Shown: positions 9,509 through 19,435, counted from the stretch's first letter. The stretch is DNA of 53,540 nucleotides from Verrucomicrobiota bacterium (GCA_025360495.1 JANYCC010000231.1:1-53540); one strand, 5' to 3'. Translations and numbers: made by a program. Notes: a model not told the origin generated them from the letters alone.

Positions 9509-10687
9509 TCAATTTTTGAACTGCACCGTGGGCGGGACGGGGCGACGCCACCAACCCTTCCGCATGAAAGGGCGTTCGGTGGACAGAAACAACACCACGC
9601 TCACACCCAGGACCGCCCCCGCCAGCACGACTGCCCCCACCGCCTCCGCCCACCCGGGGGCCAGGTTGCGGACCCAAGGCACGACCACGCGGCCCGCCAG
9701 GGAGATCACCGGGTAATGATAGAGATAGATCGTATAGCACATGCCGCCGACCAGCACCGGACCCAGGCGGGAAAGCCATCGGCCCACCAACCCCTGTTCC
9801 AGTGTCCCGCCGACCAAAGCAAGAATCCCCAGCGTCTGGACACCCTCCACCCACATCGACGTCCCCGCCGGAATCAGCAACGATGCCAGCCCGAGGACCG
9901 CCACCCCATCCTGCCAACCCCGACCCGGGCGACAATGCCAGGCCCGGCAGACCGCAAGGTCGGCCAGGAGGATGCCGGCACCGAAGGAATGCAGGTTTCC
10001 CAGAAGTGTCTTGTCCGTGAACCAACCGCTTCCCCGCAGCACCACGCCCAAGACCATGAGTGAGACCAGTCCCGCGCGTCGGATGGTGGCCGAGTCCGGC
10101 CGGCAAAGTCGGATCAGGAAGGGCGCCACCAGATAGAATTGGAACTCCACTTCCAGGGACCAGGCCACGCCATTCACCATGCTGGGCCGGCCATCCACGA
10201 GATAGGAAACGCAGAACGTGCTCGCGATATAATTCCTCAGCAGCCCCGGCGACATCTGGTGGGTGGCGGCCAAAACCAGCAGCAGGAGCGTGAGATTGAT
10301 CACATAAGGCGGACCCAGTCGCAAAAGCCGTCGCTTCCAGAATTCGCCCGGCGTGGGTTCCCGTCCCTGCCCGCGATAGGATCGGATGAATGGGAGGGCG
10401 AGGATGAATCCGCTGAGGGCGAAAAACAGGCTCACCCCGCGGAAACCCAGCCCCGCCACATAATCGACCTCGGGCTGCCAGCGGAACAGGCCCACCGCCT
10501 CCCCCAGCTTGGCCTTCAGATAAATGTTGATGTGGAAGAGCAGGACCCACGCGATCGCCACGGCGCGGAGTCCGTCCAATTCCGGGATCACCCCGCCGGA
10601 CAGGGTGATGCGCCCCAGTGCGGCCGAGAGTCGCTGGCCGATGGTTTCCCCCGTCTTGCCGGTATCGCCGGGTCCATGAGCAATCAT
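9509..10687 (-). CDS. Acyltransferase family 3 (OafA/YrhL-type membrane O-acyltransferase)
   Basis: ORF 9509..10744. The ATG at 10687 avoids overlap with the upstream gene. It has the motif LDGLRAVAIAWVLLFH and about 10 TM segments. Confidence 0.8.
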   Translation of the reverse strand: MIAHGPGDTGKTGETIGQRLSAALGRITLSGGVIPELDGLRAVAIAWVLLFHINIYLKAKLGEAVGLFRWQPEVDYVAGLGFRGVSLFFALSGFILALPFIRSYRGQGREPTPGEFWKRRLLRLGPPYVINLTLLLLVLAATHQMSPGLLRNYIASTFCVSYLVDGRPSMVNGVAWSLEVEFQFYLVAPFLIRLCRPDSATIRRAGLVSLMVLGVVLRGSGWFTDKTLLGNLHSFGAGILLADLAVCRAWHCRPGRGWQDGVAVLGLASLLIPAGTSMWVEGVQTLGILALVGGTLEQGLVGRWLSRLGPVLVGGMCYTIYLYHYPVISLAGRVVVPWVRNLAPGWAEAVGAVVLAGAVLGVSVVLFLSTERPFMRKGWWRRPVPPTVQFKN

Positions 10688-10695
10688 ACCCCGGT

Positions 10696-11883
10696 TCACC
10701 CAGCCTTCTTTGCCCACCGACCGGTTTGGCAAAGCTGCCGCCAAATCTCCACCTGACGCACGGCATTCTCCCCCGGGTCCAGCCGCCGCCGTATCATCTC
10801 ACGTCCGTCCAGACCCATCCTGACACGCTCTTCCGGTGCACCCGCAATCTTCCCGAGTGCGACCGCAAATCCCGAAGTATCGCCCACCGGCACCACCCAA
10901 CCGTTCTTCCCCGGAAGGACCGACTCATCCGTTCCGCTGACGTCCGTGGAAACAATCGGCAATCCCGCCGCAGCCGCCTCCATGAGGACCCGGGGAAAGC
11001 CTTCGTAATCGGAACTGAGCAGAAAGGCGTCGGCCTGGGCAAAGCAATCCAGCACCTCCGCCCGGCTCTTCTGGCCCGCGAATCCGACCACCGATTGCAA
11101 TCCGAGGGAGGCCGTCAGTTGCCGCAATGACGGCTCTTCCGGACCACTTCCCACCAGGGTCAGGACCAACGGCACCCGGGAAACTTTCGTCGCCGTCGCC
11201 ACGGCTTCCAGCATGAGCCGGAGGTTCTTCTGCGGGGCCAGGCGTCCCACCGACAGCAGGCGCACCGCCCCCGGGCCGGATCCCGGAGTTCGCGGAATCC
11301 CCAGGAAATCCTTCAGGTTCGCCGGAACCATGGGCTTGAGATGGATCCGCTCCGCCGGGATTCCCGCCTGCGAAAAGCTCAGCGCCGTCCTCCGGCCATC
11401 CACCTGCAGTCCATCCGCCCCGGCCGTGATGCGCCGTCCGAGCGGGGCCACCCAGCGATGCCACCACGCGGCGCGGAGCCAATGGGGATCATGAACATTC
11501 GGCCCATAGACACAGACATTCAGCGGCTTGCGAAACCGTTTCGCCAACCACCAGGCGGCCGGGCCCGTGAACAGGGGATCCTGGGCTTGGATGACGTCAA
11601 AATGGCGGCTCCGGAGTGCCGCCGAACCGATGCGCACCATGCGGAGGAAATTCCCCGCCACCGTCCGCGCGCCGGTGGGAACGGCCTCGAAACGTCCATG
11701 GATTCGCAGCGGGGCCAGGCCGTGCCGCCTCCGGGAATTCACGATCACCAGATAATATTCCAGCAGTTCGGCATATCCGGACATGCGGACATGGTCTTCG
11801 GATCCGGGCCCTTCCCAGAGCGACCGGGTATAACCGATCGACAACACCGCCGGACGCCACGGGTCGTTCACCGGAGTCCTCAA
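10696..11883 (-). CDS. Glycosyltransferase family 4
   Basis: 395-aa ORF with SSDYEGFPRVLMEAAAAGLPIVSTDVSGTDE. The start is uncertain: a TTG at 11883 overlaps the upstream stop, and a GTG at 11871 is the alternative. Confidence 0.75.
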   Translation of the reverse strand: MRTPVNDPWRPAVLSIGYTRSLWEGPGSEDHVRMSGYAELLEYYLVIVNSRRRHGLAPLRIHGRFEAVPTGARTVAGNFLRMVRIGSAALRSRHFDVIQAQDPLFTGPAAWWLAKRFRKPLNVCVYGPNVHDPHWLRAAWWHRWVAPLGRRITAGADGLQVDGRRTALSFSQAGIPAERIHLKPMVPANLKDFLGIPRTPGSGPGAVRLLSVGRLAPQKNLRLMLEAVATATKVSRVPLVLTLVGSGPEEPSLRQLTASLGLQSVVGFAGQKSRAEVLDCFAQADAFLLSSDYEGFPRVLMEAAAAGLPIVSTDVSGTDESVLPGKNGWVVPVGDTSGFAVALGKIAGAPEERVRMGLDGREMIRRRLDPGENAVRQVEIWRQLCQTGRWAKKAG

Positions 11884-13028
11884 CCCGGCCCCCGTCCTTC
11901 GTGGGCCACCTGCACGAGCAGTTGCTCTGTTGAGGACAACATCGTCCCGAAACTGAACTCACCCCCGAGCATCGCCTGCGCCCGTTTCACGAACTCCCGA
12001 CCCGGTTCCGGGGATGACAAAAGCGAACGCAACCGCGCCGCCAATCCGGCCGTGTCCCCACAGCGGACCAGCAACCCCGTGTCGCCATCGCGCACCACCT
12101 CCCCGGTGCCGCCCGCATCCGTCGCCACGACCGGAACCCCCGCCGACATGGCCTCCAGCACGACGTGGGGCAGGCCTTCGTAGGTGGAATTGAGGACGAA
12201 CGCGGAGGATTGACGGAGCACGGAGGGAACCTGTTCGTGCGGGACATGCCCGAGGAAAAGCACGCGGTCCGCGACCCCGTTCCCCGCCGCACACCGCCGC
12301 AGCGATTCCAACAACGGGCCGTCCCCGGCCACCGCCAGACGGACCCCGGGGAGTTGGGCGATCGCCGAGATGATGCCCTCCACGCCTTTCCACGGGACGA
12401 GACGGCAGACCGTGGAGATCGTCGGACCCGCATGGGGCGGGAAGGGCAGTTCAGCGCCCGCGCCCGTTTGGGGAACGGCATTATAAATGACCTGTATCCG
12501 GCCGGCATCAATTCCCCAACCGGTCACAATCCGTTTCAGATAACGGCTCGGGGTGATGATGCTGCGGGCCTGCGTGAGCGGTCGGCGGCGATGCCAGTCC
12601 AGAAACCGGAGACGCGGACCCTTCGCGGCGATTTGGTAATCGTCGATGGTCCCGGCGAACCATCCCCGGTTCCGAGCCCGTTCCCACGCGTAATCACCGA
12701 CCACCTTGTGTACGGTCGGCTTCCCCGCACGGCGCGACGCCAGATCCGCCTCGAACTGGAGACCGTTGACGTAAACCAGATCCTTGGAAGATGCCAGACG
12801 CCGGATCATTCCCACCGTTCGGAAAAAGCGCCGCGGTTTGAAATCGCGTCGGGAGATCCGATGGACTGGAAAACCATATCCCCGGTCATCGTGGTCGAGG
12901 CGATCACTCCAGCAGACCACATCGACCTCATGGCCCTGGCCCGCCAGATGGGCCGCCATCTTCGGGACATAGCTGGCCGGTCCTCCCTCATCCGGGGGGA
13001 AAATGCCAGTGGTCAGAAGAATCTTCAC
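11880..13028 (-). CDS. Glycosyltransferase family 4
   Basis: Distal part of ORF 11880..13643. The GTG at 13028 (VKILLTTGIFPPDEGGPASY) makes a GTGA overlap with the upstream stop at 13025. It has NSTYEGLPHVVLEAMSAGVPVVATDAGGTGE. Confidence 0.8.
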   Translation of the reverse strand: MKILLTTGIFPPDEGGPASYVPKMAAHLAGQGHEVDVVCWSDRLDHDDRGYGFPVHRISRRDFKPRRFFRTVGMIRRLASSKDLVYVNGLQFEADLASRRAGKPTVHKVVGDYAWERARNRGWFAGTIDDYQIAAKGPRLRFLDWHRRRPLTQARSIITPSRYLKRIVTGWGIDAGRIQVIYNAVPQTGAGAELPFPPHAGPTISTVCRLVPWKGVEGIISAIAQLPGVRLAVAGDGPLLESLRRCAAGNGVADRVLFLGHVPHEQVPSVLRQSSAFVLNSTYEGLPHVVLEAMSAGVPVVATDAGGTGEVVRDGDTGLLVRCGDTAGLAARLRSLLSSPEPGREFVKRAQAMLGGEFSFGTMLSSTEQLLVQVAHEGRGPG

Positions 13029-13612
13029 GCCTCGTCCGCCTGGGTGTCCGGTGCCGGTTGTGAAACCGGGGACCGACCCGCCGGCTGGGTGATGGGGAGC
13101 GGCGGAAGTTCGCGGATCACCCGGGCCGGATTGCCCACCGCGAGGACGTTGGCCGGAAGATTCCTCGTAACAACCGCCCCGGCCCCCACCACCGTGTAGG
13201 CACCGATCTCGGTCACCTGCGGAAGGATCACCACGTCCGTCCCGATCCAGCAGCCGTCCCCGATCCGGAGGGGCGACACGAAGCGGGCGCGTCCGGCGCG
13301 GCGGTCCGGGGCATCCGAACCATGGGTGCTGGTGACGAGGCTGCAGTTCCGCGAGATGCTGACGCGATCGCCGATGGTGACCCCGTTGTCGACATAGGTG
13401 TTGCGACCGATGGAAGAAAGATTGCCGAGCACGACGTCCCGACCCACGACCGCGTAACTCCCGATCATGACGCGGTTGCCGAGGGTGAGCGAACGCAGGC
13501 CCTTCAATTCGACGCTGCCACCGATCATCACCGGCCAACCGGCACGCCTGGCAAACAGCCCGAGAAGGGTGCCGCGCGCGATCGTGATCAGTTTTGAAAA
13601 GGAAAGCTTCAT
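13025..13612 (-). CDS. Hexapeptide-repeat (LbH) acetyltransferase
   Basis: ORF 13025..13615 with an ATG at 13612. The repeats are IGSYAVVGRDVVLGNLSSIGRNTYVDNGVTIGDRVSIS and IGDGCWIGTDVVILPQVTEIGAYTVVGAGAVV. Confidence 0.8.
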   Translation of the reverse strand: MKLSFSKLITIARGTLLGLFARRAGWPVMIGGSVELKGLRSLTLGNRVMIGSYAVVGRDVVLGNLSSIGRNTYVDNGVTIGDRVSISRNCSLVTSTHGSDAPDRRAGRARFVSPLRIGDGCWIGTDVVILPQVTEIGAYTVVGAGAVVTRNLPANVLAVGNPARVIRELPPLPITQPAGRSPVSQPAPDTQADEA

Positions 13613-13615
13613 CAA

Positions 13616-14623
13616 TCAGACCCCATGGTACCCGCGGTACCACGCCACGAAATGGCGGACCCCGTCCTCGATGGACGTGGCCGGCTTGAATCCGACGTCG
13701 CGCACCAGGTCATCCACATCGGCATAGGTGGCCGGGACATCGCCGGGCTGCATGGGCAGCATGCGCTTCTCCGCGGTGCGGCCCAGTTCCGACTCCAGGC
13801 ACCGGATGAGATGCATCAGCTCCACCGGATTGTTGTTTCCTATATTATATAACCGGTAGGGTGCCCGGCCGGTGCCGGGGTCGGGCCGGGCGCCATCCCA
13901 TTCCGGATTGGCGGTGGCGACACGGTCGGTGACCCGGATCACTCCCTCGACGATGTCATCGACATAGGTGAAGTCGCGTCGCATGCAACCCTCGTTGAAA
14001 ACATCGATCGGCCTTCCTTCCAAGATCGCCTTGGTGAACAGGAACAGGGCCATGTCGGGACGCCCCCAAGGGCCATAGACGGTGAAGAAACGGAGGCCGG
14101 TGGTGGGCAGGGCGAACAGGTGGCTGTAAGTGTGCGCCATCAACTCGTTGGCCTTTTTGGTGGCGGCGTAGAGGCTCAGCGGATGGTCCACATTCTGATG
14201 CACCGAGAAGGGCATCGTCGTGTTGGCTCCGTACACGGAGGAGGACGAGGCATAGACCAGGTGCTCCACGCCGTTGTGGCGGCAACCTTCCAGGATGTTG
14301 ACGAACCCCACGAGGTTGCTGTCGACATAGGCATGCGGGTTTTGCAGCGAGTAACGCACACCCGCCTGGGCGGCGAGGTTGACCACGCGTTGCGGCCGGA
14401 CGCTTCGGAATAGCGCCTCCATGCCCGCCCGGTCCGCGAGCTCAACCTTCTGGAAGCTGAAACCCGCCCGGCCGGTCAGTCGGGCCAACCGGGCCTCCTT
14501 GAGCCGGACATCATAGTAATCGTTGAGGTTGTCGATTCCCACCACCTCATCGCCCCGCGCCAGGAGACGTTGGGTGAGGTGGGACCCGATGAACCCCGCG
14601 GCGCCGGTGACAAGGATCTTCAT
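13616..14623 (-). CDS. NAD-dependent nucleotide-sugar epimerase (UDP-glucuronate/UDP-uronate 4-epimerase type, SDR extended family)
   Basis: The ATG at 14623 gives [46 protein letters not shown]. The catalytic segment is YAATKKANE. Confidence 0.8.
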   Translation of the reverse strand: MKILVTGAAGFIGSHLTQRLLARGDEVVGIDNLNDYYDVRLKEARLARLTGRAGFSFQKVELADRAGMEALFRSVRPQRVVNLAAQAGVRYSLQNPHAYVDSNLVGFVNILEGCRHNGVEHLVYASSSSVYGANTTMPFSVHQNVDHPLSLYAATKKANELMAHTYSHLFALPTTGLRFFTVYGPWGRPDMALFLFTKAILEGRPIDVFNEGCMRRDFTYVDDIVEGVIRVTDRVATANPEWDGARPDPGTGRAPYRLYNIGNNNPVELMHLIRCLESELGRTAEKRMLPMQPGDVPATYADVDDLVRDVGFKPATSIEDGVRHFVAWYRGYHGV

Positions 14624-14653
14624 GCTGATGCTAAAATTCGATGCGGGGCGCAA

Positions 14654-15979
14654 TCAGAGCTGCCAGTAGTCGAGACCGGCCTCCTGATAGGCCCGGATGT
14701 GGAAAAAACCCTTCACGTCGATGATGACGGGCGCCCGGCCATTCCCGAGGCTGCAGATCCGTTCCAGGGTGTATTCGGCGACCAGTTCCCGGTGGCGCAC
14801 GGCGAGGATCACCGCGTCATAGGGCCCGTGCCCGTCGACGGTGTCGATCAGCCGCAGACCATACTCGTGCTCCACCTCGTCATTGTTCGCGTGCGGATCA
14901 TAAGGCAGGGACTCCACCCCATAGCTGCGGAGCTCCCGGTGGATGTCGATGACCCGGGTGTTCCGGATGTCGGGCACATTCTCCTTGAAGGTCCAGCCGA
15001 GGATCAGCACCCGTGCGTTCTTGACCGGCCGATCCGACGCGATCAGCCGCTTCACGGTCTGCTCGGCGATGTGTTTGCCCATCGCATCGTTGATCTTGCG
15101 GCCGGCCAGGATCACCTCCGGATGATAACCCAGGCTCTGTGCCTTGAACGTGAGGTAATAGGGATCGACCCCGATGCAATGCCCGCCCACGAGCCCGGGC
15201 CGGAATGGGAGGAAATTCCACTTCGTCCCGGCCGCCTCCAGCACCGCGAGGGTGTTGATGCCCTGCCGGTCGAAGATCAGGGACAGCTCGTTCATCAGTG
15301 CGATGTTCAGGTCGCGCTGCGTGTTCTCGATGACCTTGGCCGCCTCCGCCGTCTTGATGGTTTCCGCCACATGGATCCCGGCCGTGATCACCGTCCCATA
15401 GATCTGTCGCAACAGTTCCGCGGTCTCCGGAAGGTCCCCTGAAACGATCTTCTTGATGCGATCGACGGTGTGTTCCTTGTCGCCCGGATTGATCCGTTCC
15501 GGCGAATAACCCGCAAAGAAGTCCTGCTTCCACACGAGACCGCTCTCCTTCTCGATCAACGGCAGGCAATCCTCCTCGGTGCAGCCCGGATAAACGGTCG
15601 ATTCATACACCACCGTCGTGCCCGGCCTGATGTGCCGGCCGATCATCTGCGACGCCTTCACCAACGGCGTCAGATCCGGGCGCTTATGTTCGTCGATGGG
15701 CGTCGGGACCGTGACGATGATGATCCGGGCCTCCGACAGCACGGCGGGATCGGTGGTGAACCGGATGGGATGCTGTCGCAGTTGTGCCGGCGTGAGCTCC
15801 CGGGTCCGGTCATGGCCCTCGTTCAGTTCCTGGATGCGGGCCTTGTTGACATCGAAGCCCACGACTTGGAACCGGGAGGCGAACGCGACGGCCAGGGGAA
15901 GGCCGACATAGCCCAGGCCCACCAGGCAGATGGTGGCTCTTCCCGCGGAGAACTCTTCGAAGGGTGTTGGCTGGCTCAT
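14654..15979 (-). CDS. Nucleotide-sugar 6-dehydrogenase, TviB/WbpO/CapL type (UDP-GlcNAc/UDP-GalNAc dehydrogenase)
   Basis: 441 aa. Motifs ICLVGLGYVGLPLAVAFA, VYPGCTEE and GGHCIGVDPYYL. Confidence 0.85.
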   Translation of the reverse strand: MSQPTPFEEFSAGRATICLVGLGYVGLPLAVAFASRFQVVGFDVNKARIQELNEGHDRTRELTPAQLRQHPIRFTTDPAVLSEARIIIVTVPTPIDEHKRPDLTPLVKASQMIGRHIRPGTTVVYESTVYPGCTEEDCLPLIEKESGLVWKQDFFAGYSPERINPGDKEHTVDRIKKIVSGDLPETAELLRQIYGTVITAGIHVAETIKTAEAAKVIENTQRDLNIALMNELSLIFDRQGINTLAVLEAAGTKWNFLPFRPGLVGGHCIGVDPYYLTFKAQSLGYHPEVILAGRKINDAMGKHIAEQTVKRLIASDRPVKNARVLILGWTFKENVPDIRNTRVIDIHRELRSYGVESLPYDPHANNDEVEHEYGLRLIDTVDGHGPYDAVILAVRHRELVAEYTLERICSLGNGRAPVIIDVKGFFHIRAYQEAGLDYWQL

Positions 15980-16000
15980 GGAAAGGGTCTGCGTGCCCGG

Positions 16001-16948
16001 CTAGGCAAGCTGGGCGAGGGTCATCTCACGGATCAGGTCGCGGAGGATGCCACGGTGCACCCAACCCAGACGGGTTTTGGCCCGTGCCGGATCCCCGCAG
16101 GCGGGCGGGGGCTCCACCGGCCGCAGGAGCGACGGATCATGCCGCACCCACTCCCGCCAATCGAGCCCGACCGCCCCGAATGAGGCTTCCAGGACGTCCT
16201 GCACCGAGTGCAAACGCCCGGTCGCAAAGACATAATCATCCGCCACCGCATTCTGAAGACTGAGATGGAAACCCAGAACAAACTCCCGTGCATCACCCCA
16301 GTCCCGTCTCGCGGTCAGATCCCCCAGTGGCAACGGATCCCGTTTTCCCTGATGGATCGCTGCCGCCGCCCGGCAGATCTTTCCGGTGACGAAATCCGAC
16401 CCACGCCTCGGCGACTCGTGGTTGAAGCAGATCCCGTTCACAGCGAACAGGCCGTGGACCTCGCGATAGATCCGGACCAGGTTCGCCGCCATCGCCTTGG
16501 AAGCGCCGTACGGATTGTTCGGCCGGAACGGGGTCTCCTCTGTCTGGGGCGAATGGTCGGCAAGCCCGAAAACCTGGCTCGAGGCGGCATGGAAAAACCG
16601 GGCCGCCGGACGATGGTGCCGGATGCCCTCCAACAGGCGCAGGGTCCCGAGCGCATTGAAATCACAAGTCCCGACCGGATCGCTGTAACTCTGCGGCACA
16701 TGGGTCTGCGCCGCCAGATGGTAGATCTCGTCCGGAGCAATCGAACCCAACAGCCCGCCCAACACCGCGGGGTCGGACCAGCCAGCCGGATATAATTTCA
16801 ACCGCGGGGAGATTGCACTCAGGTTCGGGCAGGACCTTGCCGAGGCCTCATCCCGAACCAGCCCGTGGACCTCGTATCCAAGTCCCAACAAGTGCTCCGA
16901 GAGATAGGATCCGTCCTGTCCGGTGATTCCGGTGATGAGCGCGATCAT
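16001..16948 (-). CDS. gmd: GDP-mannose 4,6-dehydratase
   Basis: The ATG at 16948 gives MIALITGITGQDGSYLSEHLLGLGYEVHGLVR. Further motifs are PYGASKAMA, NGICFNHESPRRG and LGDLTARRDWG. Confidence 0.85.
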   Translation of the reverse strand: MIALITGITGQDGSYLSEHLLGLGYEVHGLVRDEASARSCPNLSAISPRLKLYPAGWSDPAVLGGLLGSIAPDEIYHLAAQTHVPQSYSDPVGTCDFNALGTLRLLEGIRHHRPAARFFHAASSQVFGLADHSPQTEETPFRPNNPYGASKAMAANLVRIYREVHGLFAVNGICFNHESPRRGSDFVTGKICRAAAAIHQGKRDPLPLGDLTARRDWGDAREFVLGFHLSLQNAVADDYVFATGRLHSVQDVLEASFGAVGLDWREWVRHDPSLLRPVEPPPACGDPARAKTRLGWVHRGILRDLIREMTLAQLA

Positions 16949-16996
16949 GTGGCAACGTTCCCGGTCACCCGCACACAATTGACAGGAAGGGAATCA

Positions 16997-17126
16997 ACAA
17001 CAAAGGGTGCGAAGGGTGCCATTTTGAATCCGCGTTATCCTTGGAAGCAGTGGTTCATTCCCTGCAAGTGTCGCTGGAGTGCCGGGAACTTCGCGGTCTT
17101 GCCTCACCCGTTGCACCCTTTGTTGT
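16997..17126. repeat. 14-bp perfect inverted repeat ACAACAAAGGGTGC (16997-17010) / GCACCCTTTGTTGT (17113-17126) spanning the gmd-rfbB intergenic region
   Basis: Read directly. The arms are separated by about 100 bp. Confidence 0.85.
17003..17020. repeat. Two tandem copies of the same 9-mer in the opposite orientation (AAGGGTGCG AAGGGTGCC, the reverse complement of CCCTTCGCA-type units)
   Basis: Read directly. It is in the gmd-rfbB intergenic region. Confidence 0.7.
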
Positions 17127-17142
17127 GAAGGAACATTCCCCC

Positions 17143-18168
17143 TCACGCGACCGGTGTGCGGACGGTGCGGGCCCACTCCTGGTTGTCGAGATACCACCGG
17201 ACCGTCTTGCGGATGCCATCCTCAAAGCGATGTGCCGGACGCCAGCCCAACTCCGCCGCTATCTTGCCCGCGTCGATGGCATACCGTCGGTCGTGCCCCG
17301 GCCGATCCTTCACAAACGTGATCAGGCCGCGTGAGCCCCCGCCCAATTCGGGGGCAAACTCATCGACCAGATCACAGATCAGCTCGACGATCCGCAGGTT
17401 CGCCCACTCGTTGTGGCCGCCGATGTTATAAGTCTCGCCGTCGCGACCCCGGGTCAGCACCTCCCACAACGCCCCGCAATGATCCTCCACGTACAACCAG
17501 TCCCGCACGTTCATGCCGTCCCCATAGACCGGGATCGGCCGGCGTTCCCGGACACTCTGGATCACCACGGGGATCAGCTTCTCGGGAAACTGATACGGCC
17601 CATAATTATTGGAGCAGTTCGTGACCACCGTCGCCATGCCATAGGTGTGCTGATAGGCGCGCACCAGGAGATCGCTCGACGCCTTGCTGGCGGAGTAAGG
17701 CGAGTTGGGGGCATAGGACGTGGATTCCGTGAAATAACCCTCCGGACCGAGGGAGCCGTACACCTCGTCGGTGGAGACGTGGTGGAAGCGGTGTGGCGCG
17801 ACCCGTTTGCCGGGGCCCAGCCAGCAGGCGCGGCACGCCTCCAGGAGGTTGAACGTCCCGACCACGTTGGTGGTGATGAAATCCGCGGGTCCGCTGATGG
17901 AACGGTCGACATGGGATTCCGCGGCCAGGTGGAGGACGTGGGTGATGGCGTGATCCCGGACGACGCGCAACACCCTGGCTGCGTCGCGGAGATCGACCCG
18001 CTCAAAGGCATAACGGGGATGGTTCTCAACGGCGCGGAGATTGACCGGGTGACCGGCGTAGGTGAGGCAATCCAGGTTGACGAGCCGGGTCAGGCCCGGG
18101 TGGTCGATGACATGGCGGATCAGGTTGGAGCCGATGAATCCGGCGCCACCGGTTACGAGGAGATTCAT
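17143..18168 (-). CDS. rfbB: dTDP-glucose 4,6-dehydratase
   Basis: [47 protein letters not shown] and [11 protein letters not shown]. Confidence 0.9.
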   Translation of the reverse strand: MNLLVTGGAGFIGSNLIRHVIDHPGLTRLVNLDCLTYAGHPVNLRAVENHPRYAFERVDLRDAARVLRVVRDHAITHVLHLAAESHVDRSISGPADFITTNVVGTFNLLEACRACWLGPGKRVAPHRFHHVSTDEVYGSLGPEGYFTESTSYAPNSPYSASKASSDLLVRAYQHTYGMATVVTNCSNNYGPYQFPEKLIPVVIQSVRERRPIPVYGDGMNVRDWLYVEDHCGALWEVLTRGRDGETYNIGGHNEWANLRIVELICDLVDEFAPELGGGSRGLITFVKDRPGHDRRYAIDAGKIAAELGWRPAHRFEDGIRKTVRWYLDNQEWARTVRTPVA

Positions 18169-18204
18169 ATTGAAAGGGAGGGAGAATGGGGGGCCGGGAG
18201 CGAC

Positions 18205-18266
18205 GGAGCCTCAGGGGTCGGAGCTTCGGAGCCTCAGGGATCACCGGGCGCTCTGCCGCTCTGAAG
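18205..18266. repeat. Second copy of the octamer module: GGAGCCTC-AGGGGTC-GGAGCTTC-GGAGCCTC, then inverted CTCTGCCG-CTCTGAAG
   Basis: Read directly. It is intergenic between the rfbB start (18168) and the NRS/ER-like stop (18268). GGAGCCTCAGGG occurs twice (18205, 18228). Confidence 0.85.
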
Positions 18267-18267
18267 T

Positions 18268-19221
18268 TCACTCGCCCTTCCGCCACCGGGCCAGCGACTC
18301 CTCCAAGGCTTCCGCCACCGGACGCATCCGCACCCCCGCCCGCAACAGTTTTCCGCTGTCCAAAATGCAGTTCGAACGCGGGGTCTTCGCCGCCACCCGG
18401 TAGAACTCCGCGTCGTCCGTCCAGAATTCAAACTCCCGGTCCGGCCGCAGCCATTTCCGAATCAGTTCCACCACCTCGCGCGTGGTCACAAATCCCGGAT
18501 TGGTGATGTTATAAATCCCGAACGGCACCCGCTGCTCCCAAGTGTCCAGGCACGCCCGCACGAAATCCCCGAGGTGCGAGATGGAATTCACGTTGTCATA
18601 GACCCGGTCGTATCGCTGGATCTTGCTGAGATAATTGCGCGGGCCGTCCTCATGGTCGAACGGGATGCGCAGTCGCCAGACATAGGCGTCACCCACCCCG
18701 GCGATGGCCTCCTCACCGAGGGCCTTGCTCCCGCTATAAAAACTGCAGGGACCGTCGCGGAAGCTGAAATTCGGCGCATCCTCCTCGGTGAATCCCACGA
18801 AACGGTCCCGATCCGTGTCGAGCAACCCCCGGACCCCGGGCGCCAGCAGATCCTTCTCGGTGCGGAGCGAACCGTCCGGTTGACGGACCCGGGCCCCGGT
18901 GTAGATGCAACCGGAGGAGACCTGCCCCCAGGGGATGCCGACGCTCGCGCAGGCGTGGGCGATGGTCTGGGGCAACAGCACATTTCCGGCAAGGGTGCCG
19001 GCCCGGTCGAGTTCACAGGCATCGACGTTCGGCTTGCCGGTGTGGCCGGCGCAATTGAGCACGAAGGCGGGCCGATGTGTCCTCAGCCAGGCGAGCAAAG
19101 GCACAAACCGGGTCGCGTCCAACTCGGCGCTCGATGGCGCGACGAATTCCCGGGAGCGGGCCCGCAGTTCCCGGACAAAGCGTTGGCCGACGTAACCGTT
19201 GGCTCCAATGAGAAGGATCAT
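18268..19221 (-). CDS. NRS/ER-like nucleotide-rhamnose synthase domain protein (putative 4-keto-6-deoxyhexose 3,5-epimerase/4-reductase); at minimum an RmlD-superfamily reductase
   Basis: The ATG at 19221 gives MILLIGANGYVGQRF. Motifs are NCAGHTGKPNVDACE, GFTEEDAPNF..SFYSGSKALGEE, WRLRIPF, GPRNYLSKIQRYDRV, GIYNITNPGF and TPRSNCILD. These match my recollection of the plant/giant-virus NRS/ER signature better than classical RmlD. Confidence 0.7.
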   Translation of the reverse strand: MILLIGANGYVGQRFVRELRARSREFVAPSSAELDATRFVPLLAWLRTHRPAFVLNCAGHTGKPNVDACELDRAGTLAGNVLLPQTIAHACASVGIPWGQVSSGCIYTGARVRQPDGSLRTEKDLLAPGVRGLLDTDRDRFVGFTEEDAPNFSFRDGPCSFYSGSKALGEEAIAGVGDAYVWRLRIPFDHEDGPRNYLSKIQRYDRVYDNVNSISHLGDFVRACLDTWEQRVPFGIYNITNPGFVTTREVVELIRKWLRPDREFEFWTDDAEFYRVAAKTPRSNCILDSGKLLRAGVRMRPVAEALEESLARWRKGE

Positions 19222-19278
19222 GGTTGGAAAAAGAGTGGAGCGGAAGACGGACCCGGGGAGTACAGGGCTCAGAACCAC

Positions 19279-19350
19279 GGAGCCTCGGACCTTCAGAGCT
19301 TCAGAGCTTCAGAGCTTCAGAGCTTCAGAGCTTCAGAACTGCTGAACTTC
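19279..19350 (+). repeat. Tandem octamer array: 5 perfect copies of AGAGCTTC (19295-19334) flanked by degenerate units (GGAGCCTC, GGACCTTC, AGAACTGC, TGAACTTC)
   Basis: Counted directly in the sequence. It is intergenic, 58-130 bp upstream of the NRS/ER-like gene start at 19221. Confidence 0.95.
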
Positions 19351-19435
19351 AGGGAGTCAGTCAAAGAATAAATCGCGGACAGAGGGGAGTCGGCCGAGGC
19401 GTTTCGCCTACGGCGCAGCGTCGGGCTCCTGCAAT

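Noticed and set aside
9423-10766. 447-aa minus-strand ORF overlapping the acyltransferase-3 gene in another frame.
   Set aside because: Its composition is Gly/Arg/Pro-rich with no motifs, whereas the alternative frame (9509..10687) has the acyltransferase-3 signature and TM pattern.
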